Below are positions 48,801 to 59,342 of a DNA stretch of 64,000 bases, one piece after another. A program made the position numbers and the translations under genes. Every line of letters begins with the position of its first letter. The stretch's first letter is position 1. Source of the stretch: Caecitellus pseudoparvulus (Eukaryota > Protista > Bigyra: Bicosoecida); the NCBI GenBank assembly GCA_965644315.1, contig CBFFRQ010000043.1, forward strand, positions 372,001 to 436,000, read 5' to 3'. The notes under the pieces were generated by a model. It was not told the origin of the DNA and did not search any database. It saw only the letters and a program-made list of their open reading frames with translations.

Positions 48801-51800
48801 GCGCTGCTCGGAGTGTTCACAACACGCTCCATGGTTCCACAATCTGGGCACCAGACCCCCGGAAGAGGCCGTAAAACGCTTGAGTTCTTATCAGAAGGCA
48901 CTTCTTCGCACTGGCCCCACCAAAACGTGCCACTCCCACCGCAATCCCGACTGGCCACAATGATCGCTCGAGGGAGGGGTGTGCCGCTGACCGACGCAGT
49001 CGGCGTGGGAGTGGGCGAGGGCGTTGCTGTCGTTGTGCCTGTAGGGGACACCGTAGAGCTGGGAGTAGGAGTGCGCGTTGCAGTTCCAGTTGCAGAGCAT
49101 GATGGCGTGCCACTGCGTGAGGGAGTTGCAGTGTTCGAAGCAGTGGGTGAGACAGTTGGGGTGGGGGACGCAATGGGGACGCAGTCACCAGCACTTGCAG
49201 CCTCTGCCCCAGGAGTGGTGAACCCTTCAGGGCATTCGGTGCATGAAGTAGTGCCAGTCGGCTCGCCCGTCGCATAGCGTCCAGCCGGGCAAACTTCGCA
49301 AGCCTGCATGCCAGCTGAAGCCGCAAATCGGCCGGCACTACATGGGCGCTGAAGGCCCTCTGTGCACTCGTGCCCTGGGGCACAAGAAGTGTAGCTTGTC
49401 TGAGTCGATGACGAACTCCCACCAGCACCACGACTGCCAGGAGGAACAACCTGTGGCTCGACTGATCCTCCGGGGCAAAACACATCGGCACCACCACACT
49501 CATGCTCCTGCGCGGAGGTGGACCCTCCAGGGCAATAGTAACCTGTCGAGCAAGGTCCGTTACAGGTGGAAACAGAACTGCCCCCGAGTCCGAAAAAACC
49601 TGCAGTGCAGTTCAGACACTCGGTGGCACCAAGGCTGTCTGAGAATGTCCCTGCCCCGCACGTGAGCTTCACACCTCCCACACAAAAACTGCCCCGCTGG
49701 CACTGCACTTCACCTTCTCTGGCATTCACTGCAGCAGATTCTGGGATGGAATAGAAGCCTGATTGGACTGGCGTTGGGCTCATAGCACCGAGTGGACAAT
49801 ACACATCCACTCCTGTGCAATCCGTGCACTCGCTCCGGCCCTGCACATCGCTGTACCGACCCGCCGCGCACTGCAAGCGCTGCCCGCCCACACACTTGTG
49901 CCCCGCCTCACACTGCGTCTGGGACTCCCGCCTAGTCACGGCGCTGCCCAACGGCGTGCTGTAGTGGCCCGCATCCACAGACATCGCCGAGCCGCTGCCC
50001 TCTGGACAGTACTTGTCAACGCCCCCACAGTCCACCTGGTCGCCGTCTGCCGTGCCAGCTGGGCAGAAGTACCCTGCTGGGCACGCCGACGAGCAACTGG
50101 ACGTGCTGGCACCAACACCGCCCAACAAGCCCGCTGCACACTCCGTGCACTCGCTCCGGCCCTGCACATCGCTGTACCGACCCGCCGCACACTGCAAGCG
50201 CTGCCCACCCACACACTTGTGCCCCGCCTCACACTGCGTCTGGGACTCCCGCCTAGTCACGGCGTTGCCCAACGGCATGCTGTAGTGGCCCACATCCACA
50301 GGCATCGCCGAGCCGCTGCCCTCTGGACAGTACTTGTCAACGCCCCCACAGTCCACCTGGTCGCCGTCTGCCGTGCCAGCTGGGCAGAAGTACCCTGCTG
50401 GGCACGCCGACGAGCAACTGGACGTGCTGGCACCAACACCGCCCAACAAGCCCGCTGCACACTCCGTGCACTCGCTCCGGCCCTGCACATCACTGTACCG
50501 ACCCGCCGCACACTGCAAGCGCTGCCCGCCCACACACTTGTACCCCGCCTCACACTGCGTCTGGGACTCCCGCCTAGTCACGGCGTTGCCCAACGGCATG
50601 CTGTAGTGGCCCACATCCACGGACGTCGCCGAGCCGCTGCCCTCTGGACAGTACTTGTCAACGCCCCCACACTCCACCTGGTCGCCGTCTGCCGTGCCAG
50701 CTGGGCAGAAGTACCCTGCTGGACAGGCCGACGAGCAACTGGACGTGCTGGCGCCAACACCGCCCAACAAGCCCGCTGCACACTCCGTGCACTCGCTCCG
50801 GCCCTGCACATCGCTGTACCGACCCGCCGCACACTGCAAGCGCTGCCCACCCACACACTTGTGCCCCGCCTCACACTGCGTCTGGGACTCCCGCCTAGTC
50901 ACGGCGCTGCCCAACGGCGTGCTGTAGTGGCCCGCATCCACAGACATCGCCGAGCCGCTGCCCTCTGGACAGTACTTGTCAACGCCCCCACAGTCCACCT
51001 GGTCGCCGTCTGCCGTGCCAGCTGGGCAGAAGTACCCTGCTGGGCACGCCGCATAGCATGAAGGAGTTGTCGCGCCAGATTTGCCTCTTCGACCTGCCTC
51101 GCAGTCCTCGCACGTTGACTGCGTAGAAAGCGAGGAGTACTCCCCAGCAGGACACGGTGAGGCGACCCCCCCCACGCAAAATGTACCAGGCTGGCAAGCA
51201 CTCGTGCCCGTTCGCAGGTTAGCAGGGCTCTCAGTGGGTGTTGTGTACGTTCCAGGTGCCGCCACCATGGGAGAGGAGCTCTGAGGCGGGCAGTAGACAT
51301 CTACACTTCCGCAAGGACTTTCGCTGCCTGTGGCCGTGCCAGAAGGGCAATAATACCCCGCTGGGCATCCCGCTGAGCAAGAAGCTGATGTATCAGTTCC
51401 GCTTCCAATGCGTCCGGCGTTGCATGGATCGCAAGTTGCACGTCCTGTCGAGTCAGTGTATCGCCCAGCTGGGCAGCCAGCCTTCAACCCACCAGTGCAA
51501 AAGTGCCCGACTGGGCACGGGGTTTGGGTCTCACGGCGAGTGGCAGGAGCCTCTGTGGGTGTGCTGTAACTTCCAGAGAGCACATTCAGCGGAGCTGGAC
51601 TTCCTGGGGGGCAGTACTTGTCTACAGCTCCACACTCCGACTCGGACCCCTCTTGTGTGCCTTCTGGGCAGTAATACCCTGCGGGACAAGGGCCTGAGCA
51701 CTGGGCGTCCACAGCCCCAACAGTCCCGTACCTTCCACCAGCACAAGCCCCAGAGCAAGTCGAGTCAACGCTCCCTCCAGAGCCCCAACGCCCCGCGGGG

Positions 51801-52742
51801 CAGTCTGTACAGTCACCGGGCCCCTCGCAGCTTGTCAAGTCTTGGTACTTGCCTGTGAAGGAGCGTCGTGGCTCGCCTGCCAGACTGCTGCATCGCAGGG
51901 ACGCACTGAGCCTCACCTGGACCGCACGATTCGCACACATCTCCAGCCTTGTAGGATCCGGCAGCACAGCAGGAGGCTGTGCGGTGCAAAAAAGGGTGCA
52001 AATGCGGTTCATGCGTCTTCGGCACGAAGCTCCGAAAACTCACGGTCAGCTTCGCAAATGTAACGCATCGGAGTTGAACAATCCGCGTCGGCCATCCTCT
52101 TGTTACCGAAATATTCATCCATGTGAGCACAGTTTTCATTTCCGCCTTGGTTGTTTGGCTCACCCGATCGCCACAACTGACTCGCACTCAACACGTTTGT
52201 GGAGCCGTCTGACCAGACGAAGGTCCCTTCACTCGCAATGTCGTTAAAACCAACCCAATACTTCTTGCAAGCAAAATTAAAACCAAAACATGGCTGGTCC
52301 TTCGCGTAGTTCAGTTCACCTTCCGAGTTCAAAGAGGCCAAGTCAGCACTCAGATGCGCCACTGCCTGGCAGGCTGTGCCTGCACTGGACCAACTCATTT
52401 GGTTTGAATACACCCTGCAAGGATACATCGTTCGGGTGCGAAGGGGCGGTGCTGAAGCCGTTGGGAGCGGGAAACGCACCTGTAGCATCTCTGACCCTGC
52501 GCGCCTCCATCAACATCGTCCCAGTCGTGATGGCAAACAAAGCTTGGGTGCACGGGATGAACAAGCAGGAGCAAAAGGAGTATGAAAGCAGTTTGATACA
52601 AGCGGGCTCCTCTTCGCCCGCTTCGAAGCGGGGTGCTGCCGGCAAGCTGCCAGCGTCGAGTCAGGCTGCGCCAGCTGATCGGGACGATGTGCCCAATGTT
52701 GCGGAGGCTGGCGCCGCCCGGCAACTCTGCAGCTTGGTCCAT
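45866..52742 (-). CDS. Large receptor-like protein: C-type lectin (EPN), ~8 Cys-rich ephrin-receptor-like/GCC2_GCC3-type units, S/T/P stalk, multi-TM module; exons 52742-52480, 52414-52044, 51976-51917, 51852-45866
   Basis: Hydrophobic FILLLLLLV, then C..DW..RCYR|VYS..SW..A..AC, YWVGFND..EGTFVWSDG, WRSGEPNN..ENC, DADC..YICE. Introns 52479-52415, 52043-51977 and 51916-51853 join the exons in frame. CPAGY.CP.G repeats follow, then TM segments. Confidence 0.85.
49821..51051. repeat. Coding tandem repeat, 321-bp unit (107 aa), ~3.8 near-identical copies
   Basis: The string TCCGTGCACTCGCTCCGGCCCTGCACATC recurs at 49821, 50142, 50463 and 50784. Matching ORFs repeat at 321-bp spacing (49936, 50257, 50578, 50899). 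Confidence 0.97.
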
Positions 52743-53547
52743 CTGCAACGCGTACTTTGCGCTTCTGCTGCTTATAGTGCAAAAATTCCGCCTGCATGTC
52801 AAGGTTTGAGCGAGACAGCGTCCTTTTGTGTGTGCGTCATCCTGGTGCAGTGCACATGCTTGGTGCTCCAGGGTACAAGGCGCTCCAAACGTGAGGCAGA
52901 GCGATGTGCATCACCCCGTGGGAGTGATCCCGCGCTATCGCATTCTAAAGACCGGGTAGGACGACAGCTACACTCTCATAGCCAGGCTACGCACCGCTGG
53001 GTGGGCACGAAGTGCTCAGATCTGATCGCGCTCGGAGCTGCCGACGCTGTTGACGTGACGTGCTGCTGGGGCCCCGAGCCGAGAGGAGGAGAGCTTGGGG
53101 CATGTGAAATGGCCCTGGGGCCTAGGATACTGGGCCTCAGCCCGGTGTTCTTCGCTTGCGGCAAGCAGTGGTCAAACTGCAGGTGGTCGGGGTGTTGCGA
53201 TGGAAACCCGACCCACGGCACCTGATTTGCTGCCAGCTGAAGCAACTGCAGGTTAACAGCATCAGCAATTTCACTTTCCATTCCCTTTGATGGATTTCTT
53301 AAGGATTGTTGTTTTGTACCGTCAGGCGCTTGCCGGTGTGCAGGGTGGAACTGGTCTCGCATGCGCTGAGAAAAATGCACCCACATCGATGGCTTCGCTG
53401 CCTCTCTCGACGGCGGCCATGGAGCCGCAAACGACTCTCTCGTCCCAAGGACACCCACATAGATACCAAATTCCATTTCTTGTTGCCCACTGTCCTTCCC
53501 CACTCCCTGCACTTCCTCTCCGCAAGACGACAAGCAAGGCTATCGGC

Positions 53548-54414
53548 ATGGCTGCTGGAGGCGGTGGTGGCTCCGTGCCGCGCGATCCAACGGAAGCCGT
53601 GTTGCATGGTGTTGCAATTGTGAAGGCCAGTGGAAGTGGGGAGCCGTTGGTGCTGAACATTGCCCACAACACGAGCCAGTTCAGCTTCTTCGCCTTTGGG
53701 GCATCGAGCACGTGAGGAGCACCCCACAGCAACGTAGGCGACGTACACTCACCACTGCACGCGCCTCCACGCGCTACCAGGCTGAAAGAGATCAACACAT
53801 TCTGTGCAAGGAGCATTCCCTCTCGGGTTGGAGTGGGAAGGAAGGTCGTGGAGCACGAAGGTGAAGAAGGGGCAGCGCGCAGAAGTGTGTGGTCGGGAAA
53901 CGGGAGCGAAACGCCACTCTTGCCTTCGCAGGCCAATTCGTCTGCACCTTGGGCGAGCAGCCAGGGCTCTTTGCTGTGGCTATCACAAATGCTGATTATC
54001 CACCCCGAGTTGCCCTGGCGATGTGCCGCGAGGTGCTGGACGCGTTCAAGGCAGAGGCTGGGTGAGCAACGTGCCAGCGGCCTGGTGCAGGTGTCAAGCA
54101 TTGCAGCAAAACTCTACCCCACCATGCACAGGGTGACATGGGCATCAGCGGTGAAAGACGGCGAATTCGATTCATTCAAGGGGTGCTCTGAGGCCTTGAC
54201 GGAGTGGGCGGACCCCACCAAGAAGGACAAGCTGACATCTGTGCACGTGAAGACTGAGCAGGTGAAGGAGGAGCTTGTGAAGACGCTAGAGAGCGTGCTG
54301 CGGAGGGGTGAGAAGATCGAGGAGCTGGTACAAGCCTCCACAGATTTGAGTGAATCGTCCAAGGCGTTCTACAAGAAGTCCAGGTCCTTGAACCGCTGCT
54401 GCACCATCATGTAG
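53548..54414 (+). CDS. YKT6: YKT6-family longin R-SNARE, paralog B; exons 53548-53711, 53781-53860, 53932-54061, 54132-54414
   Basis: EPLVLNIAHNTSQFSFF, DYPPRVA, VLRRGEKIEELVQASTDLSESSKAFYK, terminal CCTIM. Three GT-AG introns restore the frame. Confidence 0.9.
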
Positions 54415-56710
54415 GTGGCAGTGCAAGCACCGCTTCAGCTGCCGCGTGCACTGATTCAGCGAGGTCAGTGATGCCCTCAAGCTGTGCCTGGCTCCACGGC
54501 ACCGCCTCATGCAGGGCCCTGGCCCATGCTGGAGCGGCTGCATCCCCGCGAATCCACCGCAGCAGTGTCTCTGTGTCCTGCAAGGCGCGCCGGACTCTGT
54601 CGCAGGCGGGCAGGGGCAGCGCTGGTCGCCCGCCCTCGCCCTCCTCGTCTGGCGGAAGGCCCTGCAGGGCCAGCCCGGCAGCCCGGATGCTTTCCCCCAA
54701 CGCTGCCATGTTGGCTAAGGTGTCCGGTTGCAAGGCAGGGGAGAGGGCCGTCAGCAGGGCGGCCGTGTCGCTCCCTGTGGCCCGGCAATGCATGCTCTGC
54801 AGCGGGAAGCCCCGCGCCCACTCGCGGAGGGAAGCGGCACACGGAGTGGCTGCCCCTGCGCGGGCCAGGGCAAAGAGCAAGTCTGGCTGGTCGGCCGTGA
54901 CCAAGACCCACGCATGCACACCTGGGGGTGCAAAAGGGGGTGCGTCTCCGCCAGTCGCTGTGTGCAGTGAGGCCTGCAATTCAGCGAGCAGGGCGCCAGG
55001 GGGCTCCGCTCCGCTCAGCAAGGTTGCAGCGTCGAGGCTGAGGGCTTCCTTGGCCTCATCTGCGACATGCACGAGGGCTGACGCACACTCTAGCAGGTGC
55101 CCTGACACGCCAGCACAGTCTGCAGCGGCGTACTCTACCGCACACGCGTGCACTGCCAGGGCGGTGGGTGCTGAGCAGGCAATGCAAAGCTGCGCATGGG
55201 TCACTTGAAACGCCGCCGCGTCGGGCGCCTGACGCACAGCCTCCGCCAGGGCATGGAAGCGGGAGAGGAACTGCAGTAGGAGGCCCATGGTGTCAGCCAT
55301 GCTGCGTTGGACGGCCAGCAGCGTCTCGAAGCCTGGCTTGCTGTCGTGGCCGTCCAGTGCCTGCGTGACTGCGTCAAGAGCACCCAGGAGAGGCGGGAGC
55401 TGGTGATGGCACCTGCACAGTACGCTCTGCACCAGACTCCAACGCTGCTCCTCGCTCCTGCTCGCCGGCGCTGTGGTGTCAGCAGCTTCCGCCGTGCGCT
55501 GCGGAGGCTGTAACCGCTTGGGCACAGGGGCGCCCGCCTGCAAACCGAACGCGGCCGCAGCGCCCCCAGCAGGCGCCGTAGGTGTGCTTGCAGCTGAAGG
55601 GCGTTGCGCTGGCACAACAGGCACCGCAGCTGGAGGGCCGTCGTCATCATCGCTGCTGTCACAGTCCTGCTGCGATGCGGCAGACAGGGACGGACCCGCC
55701 GGCGTCCATGGCGCCAGAAACGCTTCCTCTGCATCATCCAGCAGCATCTTGAGCTCCACTGCCACCAGTTTCAGTACGAGGAGCACCTGCTGCCACTGCC
55801 CATGCGCGCCAGGGTCACTGGGGGAGCCGAGCAGCGCAGCAGCGCCGTACAGTTGTGCCAGGCTTGCTGCCGCCAGCACGGCATGCTGACGCATGGAATC
55901 GCTGACCTTCGATGCCAGAAGGTTGCACACAGTGTGGGTCAGTGTCGTGTCTGGTCTATTGGAGGCCTGTCTTTCACCCTGCAGCACTTGAGTTGAGCGA
56001 GCCAGTGTGTGTGCGAGGCAAGCCACGGCAGCTTCCGCACGCGCCGGGTTTGCCTGTGTCATGGCAGCGCACCACGCGGCAACAACGGCAGAATCTTGAC
56101 ACAGCGCAGCAATGAAGCTGTGCGCCACATCTGCTTGTCGCAGTGCAATAGCTGCGGCCCGTTTGACGGCAGCAAAGCAGCCAGCAACAAATTCCGCACT
56201 GGCACTTGCCTGGTCCTCCCACAGCGCCTCTGCTCGGCAGCTTGCCAATGCCAGCGAAGAGAGGGCCTTCCCCCATCTCATTCCCTGCCAGCTGCCTCCC
56301 TCGCGAAGTAAGGGTGTCAAGCACTGCAACGCACCAGCTGCCTGGTGCGGCAAGTCTGTCGTTCGCAGCATCCGGAAGAGCACTGGGAGGCAGGGACGCA
56401 GCGCCACAGCCCCATGCGCGTCAACCGCAAAAGTGGGCAGCATTTCCAGGCCGAGGTTCACCATGGCCGTGCGGTCGCCGACCTCGCCGGCCTTGGGCGG
56501 CCGCAGCAAGCTCATGAGGAAGCCTGGCCCAACAGTGCGCAAGATCGCCTGTCGCGCCGCGGCTGACCAGGCATCTGCAGGGTCCGGCGACAGGGGCAGG
56601 TACTTGGCCACCATCATGAGTCCGATGAACTTCTCCTGGCTGTCCTCGGAGGCCACCGTGCGCAGCACCGTGTCCAGGACCTTCTCCCGGTCAGGGAAAC
56701 GCGGATCCAT
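54407..56710 (-). CDS. Neurochondrin-like ARM/HEAT protein
   Basis: N-terminal LDTVLRTVASEDSQEKFIGLMMVAKYL..ILRTVGPGFLMSLL matches the neurochondrin N-terminal pattern. Later helical repeats include LLVLKLVAVELKMLLD. Confidence 0.7.
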   Translation of the reverse strand: MDPRFPDREKVLDTVLRTVASEDSQEKFIGLMMVAKYLPLSPDPADAWSAAARQAILRTVGPGFLMSLLRPPKAGEVGDRTAMVNLGLEMLPTFAVDAHGAVALRPCLPVLFRMLRTTDLPHQAAGALQCLTPLLREGGSWQGMRWGKALSSLALASCRAEALWEDQASASAEFVAGCFAAVKRAAAIALRQADVAHSFIAALCQDSAVVAAWCAAMTQANPARAEAAVACLAHTLARSTQVLQGERQASNRPDTTLTHTVCNLLASKVSDSMRQHAVLAAASLAQLYGAAALLGSPSDPGAHGQWQQVLLVLKLVAVELKMLLDDAEEAFLAPWTPAGPSLSAASQQDCDSSDDDDGPPAAVPVVPAQRPSAASTPTAPAGGAAAAFGLQAGAPVPKRLQPPQRTAEAADTTAPASRSEEQRWSLVQSVLCRCHHQLPPLLGALDAVTQALDGHDSKPGFETLLAVQRSMADTMGLLLQFLSRFHALAEAVRQAPDAAAFQVTHAQLCIACSAPTALAVHACAVEYAAADCAGVSGHLLECASALVHVADEAKEALSLDAATLLSGAEPPGALLAELQASLHTATGGDAPPFAPPGVHAWVLVTADQPDLLFALARAGAATPCAASLREWARGFPLQSMHCRATGSDTAALLTALSPALQPDTLANMAALGESIRAAGLALQGLPPDEEGEGGRPALPLPACDRVRRALQDTETLLRWIRGDAAAPAWARALHEAVPWSQAQLEGITDLAESVHAAAEAVLALPPT

Positions 56711-57005
56711 AGCGGCGGAGTTGCGCCTGTAGCTCACGTGGGAGGGACCCTCTGCACGCCGCAGCACAGATCAACATATGTCCAGCGCAGCTTATGGTGT
56801 GAGTCGCCCAAGGTGCGGCGTCGCGCTGCCATTGTTCGCTGGCAGGTACGATTTGAGCACTCGCGGCAAGTGACCCAGATCGACGACGCTGCACCTCCCC
56901 AGGAGGGGCAATTCTGAAACGATACTAACAACCTTACGTGACCACGCTCGTGGGCTGTGTCTTTTTGGGTCATTCTCACACAGCCTGAGCCGAACTTCGG
57001 ACGGC

Positions 57006-58596
57006 ATGGCCAGCTCTAAGGCAGAGGGCGGCGTGCTGGGCAAGTTGGCTGGAGTCGTCGCCGATATCCGCAAGCTTCCAGCTGACCTGCTGCTGATTTA
57101 TGCCAATGTGTCTCTTTATGCGCTCTGCTACCAAATGCAGGCGCCTGTGCAGCCAGAGCTGGTCAAGTCGCTCGGTGAGTGGAATCGATTTCCGCAGCGA
57201 ATCCCGCAGAGACGTTGCGGAAGGCACTGACCCCCAGGCAAAGCAGGCTGGGGTACTGGCCGTGGCAGACTGGCTTGACCGTCACCTGTGTGCCTGAGGC
57301 TTCCAGTGCCCTTTGTAGCCTGAGCCGTCGAAGTGCCCCTGCACACCTGCCACGCCTGCAATGACCCAGGCGCTGACAAGGACATGTTCAGCAACTTGAA
57401 GAGCTACTTCTCTTTCCTGCAACTGATCGGCTCCCTGATCTCTGGACCTCTCATTGACACGTGCGGGTGCCAATGCGGATGGTGCATTCCGCCACCGCCG
57501 CACACACCATTCTACCCGCTCCTCACACAGGTACGGCGCCAAGCGGGTGTTTTTGTTGAACTTCGTCGCCTGCGTGCTGTGCTACGGCATCACTGCCATG
57601 TCCACCAGTATGACCGGCCTGTACATCTCCTTCCTGCCCACGCTGTTCCAGCACGGCGTTCTCGCAGCCCGTGCCTATATCTCCTGTACCAGCCCAGACA
57701 AGGACATTGCCCGACGCACCGGGTACGTCGGGCTCGCATATGGCCTGGGCTTCGTCGTGGGCCCGTCCCTTGGCGGCGCCTTGACTTCCTGGGACCTCCG
57801 CGCCGCCGCCTGGATCGCAACGGCGGGTTCACTGCTGTCCGTGGTGCTGGTGGCGTGGCTCCTGCCCGGCGGGACCGAGCCCAAGGCTGGGGCTGAACGC
57901 GCTCAGGCTGCCGAGGACTCCGACGGCAAGGAGAGTGGGCTGTTGGCCAAGGCGGTGGAAGCGGGGCGCGTGCTGGCCTCCAACCCCACTGTGCAGTTCG
58001 TCCTGGCACTGAAGCTGCTCTTCGGCTGCGCCATGGCACTGCTGTACAGCGCCTTCTCGCTGTACCTCACTGACACTTTCGACCTGTCCCCTGCCCAGTA
58101 CGGCGGCATCATGTCCTTCGCAGGCGTGGTGGGCATGGTCAGCCAGGCTGTCCTGGTGAAGGAGGCTCAGGCCAACCTAGACGGTTTCCAGGTTACCGCG
58201 GGATGTGGGCTGTTGCTGGGGGTGGGGTTGCTGGGCTTCGCCTTCTCTGGCACCTGGATGCACGTGTGTCTAGTTATGGTGCCCATCACCGTGGCCAGCA
58301 CCGTTTTGTCCAACATCAGCTCCGCCCAGCTCGTGTCAGCGGTGGAGGAGGGCCGGGGCGCTATTGTGGCCGTGGACATGGGGCTTGGCTCCGCCGTCCG
58401 CATTGTGTCGCCGAAGGCTGCCAAGTGGCTGGTTGCCACGGCGGGCTTCCCTGCCGTCGGCATGGTGGCCGCAGGGCTGACTGGTGGCATGGTCGCGCTG
58501 GCGTTCTCAGGCGCGAGCAGGCTGGCTGCTCTGTTGTCCAGCACGCCAGCCGTCGCGGACGCGCCCCCCAGCAAGGGGAAGGCCAAGGCTGAGTAG
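57006..58596 (+). CDS. MFS transporter (TetA/SLC22A18-like); exons 57006-57174, 57370-57460, 57531-58596
   Basis: Spliced motif A (GPLIDTYGAKR), motif C (GLAYGLGFVVGPSLGG) and about 12 hydrophobic segments. Introns 57175-57369 and 57461-57530. Confidence 0.85.
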
Positions 58597-58780
58597 GGTG
58601 CGGGGCTCGGCAGTGTACTGGGGCAGTCAAATTCACGTGATGCACTTGCCCTGGCCACTTCCCCAGGCGAGGATTCCCACCCGATCCCGCAGCAGTGCAG
58701 CTTGAGCACCAGCAAGCATCGGCGAGGCAGCCAAGTCCGCTCCTGACACCCTGGGCAAGGCACGGAGCAGCACACACGGC

Positions 58781-59320
58781 ATGGCGAACAGTGGAGTGGA
58801 TGAGATTCAACGCCTGCGGGCAGCAGAGGCAGATGCCTTGCAGCAGGTGTCAGAGGCGCGGAAGTGTGAGACTCGGGCAGGGACTGCATGACACGCCCAG
58901 CGCCAGCACACCTTCTTGCCCACCCCCACGCCTACACCAGACCGGAAAGATCGCATGAGACAGGCGGTTGCAGATGCAGATGCGTCCATTGCTGCGTATG
59001 AAGCCGAGAAGCGTGCTGCCCTGAACGCGCGGCACCCAGAGGTGCGTGGCAAGCCTCGCGTTTCCTCCGCGTTTCGCACAGCTGCACGCTTGCGCAAGTA
59101 CAGGGCACTGTCGACAGCGCCGAGGTGCAAAGCGCGTGGGTGAAGACCCAGGGCGAGATCGAAGTGCTCAAGTGAGGCCTAGCCCCGCGCGCCCTCACCA
59201 GCCAGTGCGCCATTGAGCGCCTCGCCTGCGGTGCTCCACAGGTCCGAGTTTGCGAGCAACAAGGAGGCCGGACTGGACATCCTCTTGGCCGCTGTCACCA
59301 CCGTGCGGCGCCCTGCTTGA
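58781..59320 (+). CDS. ATP6V1G: V-type ATPase subunit G; exons 58781-58865, 58941-59041, 59104-59171, 59242-59320
   Basis: Spliced product MANSGVDEIQRLRAAEADALQQVSEARKYRKDRMRQAVADADASIAAYEAEK..EFASNKEAGLDILLAAVTTV matches the Vma10/subunit G pattern. The ORF track misses most of it. Confidence 0.88.
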
Positions 59321-59342
59321 TGAAATTCACCTGCTGCTACAT

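Noticed and set aside
49821-51051. Regularly spaced repeats as a possible CRISPR array or mobile element
   Set aside because: The units are contiguous, in frame and have no unique spacers. There are no cas or transposase genes, and the context is eukaryotic.
49763-51061. 432-aa repetitive ORF on the + strand, plus similar 90-98 aa ORFs
   Set aside because: These are antisense or alternative-frame shadows of the 321-bp coding repeat.
52290-53225. 311-aa + strand ORF
   Set aside because: It lies antisense to the lectin exons and has no recognisable domain; probably spurious.
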